From NCBI GenBank assembly GCA_025786725.1, contig JAHLTZ010000012.1:496001-560000 (forward strand): a stretch of 64,000 nt of DNA, given 5' to 3'. The notes under the pieces were generated by a model. That model was not told the DNA's origin. It ran no database searches and saw only the letters and a program-made list of their open reading frames with translations. Origin of the DNA: Syncephalis fuscata S228. Its lineage: Eukaryota; Fungi; Zoopagomycota. Made by a program: the position numbers and the translations under genes. Below are positions 54,207-64,000 of the stretch, in pieces. The first letter of the stretch is position 1. Each line of letters opens with the position of its first letter.

Positions 54207-56293
54207 CTACAGAGCCAGTTTTCGTCTACGAGCACGAGTAATTGCTCCACCATTCTCGTGTCGACCCACCAGTTCCTTGGCCAATTCACGTGTTGTTCGT
54301 TTAAGTTGTCGATATTCGGCTTGCAGTTCTGCTAGTCGTTCAAAGCCAGATTGATACAGTGCCTCTCGTTCTTCGGCATTGCGTAACTGCTGCTGTTCGT
54401 CAATACGAATATAATCCCATTGATCAATAGGCCGTGAAGCTGGTCGTTGATAAGGTATACGTCTTTCTGTACTGGCACCGGTCGTTGTATGATGGGCTGC
54501 ATCGACAGCATTCGACGTATTATAGTGATGTTGACTTTCTGGATCAATACGACGACGAGTACCACCTCGACCATAATTACCACCACCACGTCCACCACCA
54601 TAATGGCCTCTAGTACGTCGTTGAACCGGACTTATAGTAGATGGACCGTCTTGCGATTGCTTTCTTTTATCTAAAATACTTGATTCTCTGTTTAATGCAC
54701 CTGAATGAGCTACCGATGGTGCTGCCAATGCGCGTGAGGACAATGATCTATGTTCATTCTGGTTCGATAATGCCGATGGCAATGATGGTCGGCGTTGTGC
54801 TAATTCAATAGATGATGCAACTGAAAATGCATCATCGTCTCGTGCTACTTTGGTTCTTTCATCGTCGGGGTCTTCCTCGTCTTCCTCGTCTTGTCCACTA
54901 CTACTAAGGATTTCATCCGTTTCCTTTATGTGCGCCAATCGTGCTATACGATAGACACATCCATAGACTACAAGTTTAAAATCGCCATTAGGCATATCAC
55001 GCCATGCTTTCCAAGGAAACCGTCGTGGTAGAATGCCGGTGTGTAGATAACGAAGTGCTTTACGAACACCTTTATCCTCAAGAAACTCGGGAAAGTTTCT
55101 ACTAAAATGCAAATACGGTTCTGTTTCAAGGGTAAATGGCACAAGATCTTTCATTTTAACCATTGAACTATTAATAGTAATATCAGTATCAATATTATTA
55201 TTATTAATTTACTTTTTACTTACAATTTGTTATCTTCAAAATAACGTACTAAACATTCGTCATGGCCTGGATAAGGAAGACGCATAAATCGATCAATTTG
55301 AGAGGGTGGTACAACCTAATGATATACTTTTTTAGCTATTTGTGTATATGTCAATGGCTTATTGTTTATACCATGGCTGGCCACCAATAGCGGACTGTAG
55401 TATCGAGCGGATCTACAAATACAAGCTCAAATCCGGCAAAAGGTCCATACTGCCGTTCCATAGCGGGGAATTCCGGCTCTTGCATATGGTCATGACTATG
55501 GCTATGCTGTACTGGATAGCCACACCAACAGCGCTTCCTTTTTACACTTTATAATTAACCAAATAAAACTATTATTAACACCAAACTTGTTACCTTGACT
55601 TGTTCTTCGGCTCTGTCCAGATGTAATACTCCTTAAAAGGGGTGGTGCCACTCTTTGGGCCTTTACTTTATCGGCAGCCCGTGCGGTGCGTGAACGGCCA
55701 TCTGTCCATTCATCACCATCACTGCTCGTATCAAACAATTAGTACAGTTGTAATAGTAATAACAGTAACAAAAACAGCATAGTATTTACCTTTCTTCGTC
55801 GGCCGTTGTTGTAGAGGGAGAAGAGGGAGGATAATCGCGCTTTTGATGCTCTTTATGGATATGATGAACACGAGGATCTGGATGATGCATCGATTGATGA
55901 CCGACCGATTCACGCCTCAGCAATTCATGCTGTACAGCTGTAGATCGTTCTGGCCACCAACCCACGGGCGGCTGAGAAGACCAGGATGCTGCGGTTGCTG
56001 GACTTGCTAGAGAAGCATGTGGATGAACGGGATACGCAGCAGCATGATATCCAGGCGGCTATGTCAATGATCAGTTATATCGATTTGACGTAAGTGTCGA
56101 CAGCATATTTATATGCATATTAATAACCTACAGGAAGATCATGGTGCGTGTCTAGGTTCGGTCCAACACCCGACGAATACGATCGGTGATGGTGACGATA
56201 ATGACCTTGTGATGTCGACGAAGACGGCAATGGCGGTAACGACGATGGAGGTGGAGGCTGCGAAGGGTCGAACGGAGGGCGATTTGCTTCCAT
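54207..56293 (-). CDS. PWWP-domain chromatin protein with low-complexity flanks, multi-exon
   Basis: Exons at about 55225-55440 encode LVFVDP...YWWPAM-VVPP...CLVRYFEDNK, continuing into ORF 54207-55163. The start codon is less certain. Confidence 0.7.
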
Positions 56294-56857
56294 GAATAGA
56301 CAGCACTTTCTAGTATTAATAAATAGTTGAAAAAAACAAGTCAATGGACATAAGTCCACTTGGTCGCAAGAATAGTCTATTGTACTTACCTACGCTACAG
56401 TTATTGGAAGAAGAAGAAAAGAAAGAAAAAAAAGGAAATGCCAATAGCAACTATAGTTTAAATGTAATTGCTAAAAGGAAAAGACAGTAAACTAAATGGT
56501 AAACGCGGTAATATAAGTAACAGCAATGGTAATGTCATGGTGTGTGTATCTATAAAATATATATATTGATTTAATAAATTGAAACACATCAAAAAAGGAA
56601 TGATTATAGTTAAAGGATTAAAGAATTAAATGGATTATAATTAAATGGATTAACATATTATGTAATGACATGCTAGTTACATCAATTCAATATTATTGCA
56701 AACAATGATATTTATAGTTTATAAAGTAGACAAATGAGGCCATAAGAAGAAGAATATGGCGATGATATTGATAATCATACAAAAAGCTTAAAGCAATAGA
56801 CATTGTAGTAAGGTGTTGTTAATACAACTGTATTGCTTTAAGCAAATGATGAACTGG

Positions 56858-57532
56858 TTACAAGATGCAACAGCATCGCCATCTAGACCGTGTCCAGTGG
56901 TTTTTCTGCTTTCTATATATTCATTGATATTAGATCTATACTAGTAAGTGTCAATCAACGATTAACTTGCCTGGTACAGAGGGTGCACGAGGACGAATGG
57001 TAAGATGTACAGTAAATGGTCTAGTGGGCGTTATTTTGTTTTCTATAACAGCAATAGTGGTTAAATTAGATGGATTTCACTAATAATTGGTTAGACTATA
57101 CCAGCAAGTGTATTCTGATCATCTAGAAATCGACCTAAATACAGAACCTTTAAGCTATCTGCAGCTCAGGGCATGCTTCTGTCCAATCTAATTAGAGTTA
57201 TCACGACAACAATAATAATAGATCATAATAAAGGGTGAATACTCTGGACTGTTTAGCAATTTACTTTGTTTATATTTACCTTTAGGCCAGTGTGTATGAA
57301 TGTAATCCTTTACTTGGTGAATAGACGTATCTGGTGCAAAATAGAACGTTTGACGTTCACCGTTAACTAGCAAACAAGTGAGCGCAACCTGACCGTGTAC
57401 TGATTCGGTGTCTTCGTCCATGGTTGCTTCCTTGGCAGCTGAATGCAGTTGCGTAGGATGATTGCCGCCTTCTTCTACGATGGTTGATGTGGGCGTTACC
57501 GTATCTTGGACCGATGCTCTATCAGACATCAT
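56858..57532 (-). CDS. UBL3/MUB-type membrane-anchored ubiquitin-fold protein with a C-terminal CaaX box (two apparent frameshifts)
   Basis: LLVNGERQTFYFAPDTSIHQVKDYIHTHWPK, LKVLYLGRFLDD, TVHLTIRP and terminal RCCCIL*. Confidence 0.8.
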
Positions 57533-59234
57533 TGCTAGTGTTGCTATCGTTGCGTTGTGACTATAGACTATCTTGTCACAATAAAACAAGTTGATATTGT
57601 TGTCGTACTACACAATGTCAAGTTATAAGCGTAACAGATAGTATATAGATATATATAGGTATATATAGGTATATGTGGGCGAGTGAACGTAAGTGCAGGT
57701 GTGTACGCCTTTGCAAACCGTCAGTTACTTGAGTACTTGGTAATAAACTTAAGTGTGTTATGTAGTTAGTCAACGTTAATTAATCAAAGAAAATAACCCA
57801 CACTTGTTAGTAAATGTAAGACGTTGATCTGTGTGTGTCTCTGTGTGTCTTTCTGTCTTTCTCTCTCTTTCTCTCTGTGTGTGTATGTGTTTATGCGTAC
57901 ATATATAGGATAAGTCTGACGAGCGCGATACAATAACACGCCGTGCGTAGGTTAGGGATGAGAATAAACTTATAATGCCCAAGTCTTTGGTTTATCAGTG
58001 GGAAAGAAATAGAAAGGTGGGCTTTCAGGCTAGAATAAGATACGCAAAAGGAGAGGACAAGTAAGAATAACCAAATGCCTGGAAAGCAGAAAGTAAGACC
58101 AGGAGGAAGAAGAAGAAGAAAAGAGACAAGTTGGAGGACAACCGGTCACAGGAATGGAATGAATTAAGGATGCTCGTGGTCTATTTCATATAGTTAATTA
58201 AACATTACACGCTGTTATTCCTTCACCTCCACGCTACTCTCCTACACGGAAGTGGCCATAATAATAACAACAACAATAACAATAATAGGAGTTGTAACAA
58301 GTAATCGTGCATTATGCGTATTTGTTGCGTGCTGACTCCTAATATACATCTAAATATGGCTAATAATGATGAAACAGTGGCGGAACCAGTTTACTTTAAA
58401 ACACTCAGTGCCACTAAGTGTTATATCTCAATATAGTTGTTACTAAAAATGTAGCGCTGTATAAACCGCGTACTCAATTTGACATTATATTGTTTTACTA
58501 TCTATTATATTAGCGATGTAATTGTAAGCTAACAAATTGTACAAATACAAATACAAATGGGCAGCCAAAGAAAGTATGTAAATGCTGGTAATAAAATATA
58601 GAATGTGTGTATTATAGCATAGAATGACACATAGCTTTTATTATAATCAATATATAGGAGTAAAATCAAGTAAAATAAGTGGAGATATTAATGATAAAAT
58701 CAGTTAGGGATAGTATATATAATGTAGAAAAGTATTTAACAAGTATTTTATGCGTGAAAGAAAAAAGCATAAAAAATATTGCCAACTGGGCAGTTAATAT
58801 AGTATGAACTTATAATGACGCGACTCAAACTATCACAAGTAAAATGGTGATTATATCAAGAAATATAAATAGCAATGAACAACAGTCAATTTATTATAAA
58901 GTCAAATATAATTATAGAACATGCTCTCAGTAAAATGCTGAGTAGTGACATTAACATTCATAGTCACATTCATTTCCATTATATCTTGCCAAGAATTAGT
59001 ACTGTTGATTGTATTCATGCTACTACACTGTAATTTAAATAATAAATATTTTCAAAAGAAATTAAGCCTAATATGTTGTAAATCTTTTGCAATGCTGAGA
59101 ATTATAAACCAGCACTGGATAAATTATTAGAATGATAAATACGCAAAATATATGTAGTAAGTTGTTATTCAGTTTGTTTTCATGCAATATTAAGTGTTTG
59201 CAGTTTAGATCGTGTCAATAACATTTTACAATAG

Positions 59235-60470
59235 TCATGTAATGTTATTATTTAATAAGCAATATTGCACTGTTATAACAATTGAATCATAACATGTCAT
59301 TGTTTTATTTAAGCAAATATTGATTAATTGTAAAGCTCGTTGTTTTTCGTCTTTAGTTAAAAGTAAGTTGTCGAGTGCATGTAGATAATTATGATGAGTT
59401 TCCAAACCCTTCAGTGACGCGATTGTTTTGAATGCACGCATCTTATTCCAGTCGTATTTTCATTGTATCTTTGAATCGTATTTAAATGCATTTATATAGG
59501 CGTCTTGGGAAGCATAACCGAGTTTTTTAAAGTTTGTTGCAAAATAAATTCATTTGTATTCTGAACGTTAATAAGTCCTTTGTTTACTGGGATAGTGTTA
59601 TTGAAGTTGAAAATGAATACTTTGTAATCGTCTTTTTCCTCAGTAAAGCAATACCTAACAATACCATTGATATAAACACTAGTAAACAACAATATATTAT
59701 ATTTACTTTCAATATCCATGCGGACGTACCATCCCACTTTTTTGATAGCTTCCAGTCCTAATCATAGTTTAGTTTACAATGTATAGGCAATCCAAATCAT
59801 TATCCTCTACTATTACTCCCCAGATATGGGCTATAAACTCTAACTGCCTAGCATTATAACTAATTGAAAATTTAGAATGATATCTATTATGTGAAAGCAA
59901 TAACGATTAAATTTGGCATATCTTTGAGAGTTTTAGAATAAGTTTTGTATGTTGAGCTACATTTTTGAAGCGGTAGAATATAGCATTTAATATTTTTAGG
60001 CAATAGAAATTGATCTCTAGACAACAAGATTATATGTTTCTCGTTGCGTTTAGGCTTTAATTCTGGCTTCAATAAATCATGTAATTAAGTATATTTGTCA
60101 GTTTTTGCACGTCTGCTGTTATATAAAACTTACCCGTATACTTTAATGACGTAATTATTTGTATTCAAATTGATCCACATGCAAATCAAATTGGCTTTTA
60201 TTTTATTCTCCTTCAATATAATGTACGTCTTTAATATTGGATTCTTTGCCTGTAAGCTTGAAACCATTCATGGCAAATGGATCAGTGTTGCTGTCCAATT
60301 TAATCCCCATAGATTCTACACAAATAATAAGGTTAGTAAATAAACAAATAAATTGGAGTAGACACTTGCCAGGGGCCCAAATAAACTTGTTATAACGTTA
60401 GTAGGCGTGGCTTGAGTAACCGATACTAGCATGGCGCAGTAGCAGCGATAGCAAAAATGGATTTATTGTA
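59235..60470 (-). pseudogene. Degenerate multi-exon gene, possibly a secreted kinase-like protein
   Basis: Signal-like IFAIAATA/MLVSVTQATP near 60400-60460, short collinear ORFs with splice sites, GLEAIKKVGW...DIE resembling a decayed kinase subdomain VI, and internal stops. Confidence 0.3.
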
Positions 60471-63400
60471 AAATGGTTATGTCAAGGTTCAGTCGTCAAA
60501 TAAAAGGTGGCGTTTTCTATGAGGCTAGTCTGTGAGAAAAGAAGTATAATGTGATGATTAGACAAATAAACATGCTAGAAATGCAGATATTTATAGTAAA
60601 TATATTATGCGATGGTCTATGTATTTACTATAAGATTGGACAAATACGGAATACATATTTCTGTGTAAAAACATGAAACGAGTACATAGAGATAAACCGT
60701 AAACAACTAATCTCCGCATTCATTACAGTTCCTGAAGCTACAAATATTTTGAAATAGCATTCTCGTTTTATTTTATATACTGAGTAATAAAACGAGTAAA
60801 ACAATAACCTACTATACAGGTGCAGTTAGTTCTTATTCTTTGAGCACCGATATTCAAACGAAATTGCAGATTTGTTTGTAAATTCCGCGGATCAAATTAC
60901 TATTTTCGTTGCTACTAATTGGAACTCAGAAATGCCATAGTTTAAACAGATTTTAACAATATACACCGCAATTAATCAACAATTTAATGACTGTTTAGAA
61001 CATATGAGCAGTTACATAGACTGATATGTTGCGCTAATAATATATGTTACAAAGCATTTAAGCTATATTATTCAATCAATACTAACCAACCAACGCATTG
61101 TATTCCAAGTATTAAGCTAAGATTTAACAAGCATCATAAACTAATATTACATAATAGCATCAAGATAACTTGCTGTTTAATCGCTTAAACTACGATTTCT
61201 AAAATTAAAACTATAACGTTGTTGAAGTTTTAAAAGGATATTAATATTGTGTAAGAGAACAGCAATCGTTTTTCAAGCATTTAAATTAAATAAGTACTAT
61301 AATTATTTAAGCCATTACTAGTATTTACACATTGATTATATATATTGTATTATCTACACTTTAGTACACAAAAAGTGCTGCAGTAAATGCAAGAATAGAG
61401 TACAAGCCCATTCTGCTATTATACGCATAGCTATCTTATACAAATACCATGGCCTATTGTATCTAAGTAAAAGTACATGTTTTATTTTCGATTTTTATAC
61501 AAGTAATTTGAATACCGTTGCGTATTTACACTTTATATTAACTTTATCAAGCGTAAAGTCAGCTCAGCCTGTAAAAGACAAAGCTAAAAAGAAAAATGTG
61601 TAAATAATTTAGATAAAGAATTTACTTAAAGCTGTTTATAATATTGCAATTGTTCTAACAACGTTGATGTAGAATTTTCACAGTCTACCAATGATGAGAG
61701 GTTGACGTGCTTTTTGTACTTCAGTTCTAAAGGTCGGCTTGAAATTCATTTGCAAGAACGAGAAAATGGTTTAGGCAATTCAAGAGTTGGCCACACACAC
61801 AACTCGCGTTATATTTGCGGGTTTTATGCTGACAAACTTTTACTACCTTTGCCAACTAAGAATCAATGAAGAATGTAACAAGGTAATATGTACGCAAAAT
61901 AAGTAAGAAAGTTATTTTTTTATTAACTATTCTATGATAATGAGTGTTTTTGAAGTCAAATAACTTTTATTTTAGTAATTTAAGCTTTTTGATATACTGA
62001 TTAATACTGATGTGCATGTTCCGTGGTAATAAGTAGTTGTGGTATTAAATGACTTGACTTTTTAATTCACTCATATTAATAACACAACATACAATCTACG
62101 TCATCACACCTTTCTTTTTCTTTCTTCACACTTAGAACATATATCCATTGTATATACTTGTACATTCCATATATATATACTAATTAGATAGTGTTATTAA
62201 TTGACTGACTACTAGTTGAGTATAAGTACCTTCTATGTCACTCTCTTGTGTTGCTCTTCTTTAATCTAACCTTTTTTTACAAATTATTTTTATCACTCTG
62301 ATCATGGGTATTGGCACCTTCATTGACACAATAAATACATCTTTGGCTTTGATTTATGCTATTTAAATGTGTGTTGTAAAAATCCCGTTGCATACTTTGT
62401 TTTTTCTATGAACTATTACAGATCTATAGCAAATCAAAGCATACAGTGACTTTGGCAACCTATAGCCACTACAGTCATCATGTACAGCTGTTGCACGCAT
62501 ACTTCGGCAATAATAGCAAGTCGTATTATTACTATAATCGCGAGCAAGCCTTTAACGACAATACAGCAATATCTGCTACTATGGCTACTACTATATGTGC
62601 ATAGTTGCTAGCATGATACTTGTTTTAGGCATATGCACTGTTACTTCTTTATTAATAATCTTTTTGCTCCATTATATCACTAAACAATTTGATTTATCAA
62701 CATCTTCCTGGCGAGTAACTAGTTTTTACTAAACAATGTTACATCAACAGCTTGATTATTGTAATGCTTTTCTAAACTGACAATGTAGTCGGTGCCAGTA
62801 TTCAAGACTAGCCATTAACTGTGCAGTCTCTGGTTGTATACATAAATTCTATTAGCTTACATTTAAATGCGCGCTATTTTTTAATATCTTTAGACAAGTA
62901 TTGTACATTTTATTAAGTCTAATATTTATTTTACAGATAACTATAGATATTATTAGTATCAACTATTTAGCAATAACACAGATATATAATACTAGATTGT
63001 TATCTACATAACTGAAACTGCCACACAATAAGCCTTTTCTTTTTTTACTTCAAACTATCTGTCTTTTGCTCAGATAACGCTTTTACAAATATGTTACTTT
63101 ATAATTTAAAAACAAAATATTAGTATCATTGTTAATATTTATAATGCTATGCTTTATATAATAAATTTATATGTACAAACCTTAAAGCGTAATTATTAAT
63201 TGGTAAATGTGTTTAGTAATAACTATTGAATATTTTTACTATTAAAAACTTTTCTGCCAAAAATTGTCTATTGATTGTATTGGTGATTTACTTCTCCTTT
63301 ACTATTTTTTGTCCTGAATCTATTCGCGTGTGTGAATGTAAGTAGCTAAAAGCACAGCTTACGTATTGAAACAACCATTGATGTAAACTGTGGTTTATCT

Positions 63401-63500
63401 TGTTGTTCAGAGGTGCGTCGTGTTTTGCACTTTATATTGCTGCCGTTGTTGTTACGATTGTAAAGTGCTCTATTGACAACCACTGCTTCCTCTATCCACC

Positions 63501-64000
63501 ATGGTTGCTACAAAACGCGAACTACCTACACGCGAGGCGTCTCAGTTTAAAGGTCTATTGGTAAGATCTGAAAAATACTTTACGTATAATCGTATATGCA
63601 TACTAATTAATCATGACAGCGCTTCTTTGAACATCGGCAGTACAAGCGAGGACTTAAATCGGCCGAACAGATTTTAAGGAAATTCCCCGAACATGGAGGT
63701 ATGAATCTATACAAGTATAACTACGATAGCCAGTTGGATTAACTGCTTTATACGCAGAAACGCTTGCTATGAAAGGACTTTTCCTTTCAAACCTGGAACG
63801 TAAAGAAGAAGGCTTTGATTTTGTTCGCAAGGGTCTTAAAAACGATCTTACAAGCCATATCTGTATGTTGGTTACTCATTTAGTCAGATCTGCTGATTTA
63901 AATGAAGTTAGAAGTGCGGCTCTAACCATATACATTATTGATCCATCTAGGCTGGCATGTATTTGGTTTATTATACCGTGCCGATAAGAACTATGAAGAA
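63501..64000 (+). CDS. NAT1: NatA auxiliary subunit Nat1/NAA15, 5' part (runs off the window)
   Basis: MVATKRELP, QYKRGLKSAEQILRKFPEHG-ETLAMKGL and [23 protein letters not shown]. Confidence 0.95.

Noticed and set aside
60500-63450. Long AT-rich stretch as a possible transposon or ncRNA locus
   Set aside because: I could recognise no ORF, terminal repeats, tRNA or rRNA signature.

Overview
AT-rich, intron-dense, compact eukaryotic DNA from an early-diverging fungus. Zoopagomycota, Syncephalis-like, is my inference from gene content and style, not a database result. Most of the window holds conserved multi-exon housekeeping genes: SAH1, COG8, DAD3, VMA7, RPN1, TOA2, a DCN1-family gene, WRAP53/TCAB1, LAMTOR5, CFAP20, ENOPH1, GAD1, NUP160, VAMP7, RCD1, HSP20, a NIMA kinase, MOCOS, a DUF1636 protein, RPF1, a PWWP protein, UBL3 and the start of NAT1. 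The main result is that two apparent minisatellites (about 17.0-21.0 kb and 43.4-47.0 kb) are the interiors of two paralogous minus-strand genes for secreted peptides. Each roughly 70-85 bp repeat unit is a complete spliceosomal intron (GTAAGT donor, branch-like motif, AG-free tract, TAG acceptor) plus a 3-nt micro-exon. Each gene has a 94-nt signal-peptide exon ending in phase 1, about 50 micro-exons, and a last exon starting with 2 nt plus TAA. Nearly every codon is therefore built across an exon junction, and skipping any exon keeps the frame. This looks like a combinatorial, single-codon-resolution diversification system for secreted peptides; splicing itself is inferred and needs RNA data. 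The assembly also carries many probable 1-nt homopolymer deletions that frameshift otherwise intact genes.
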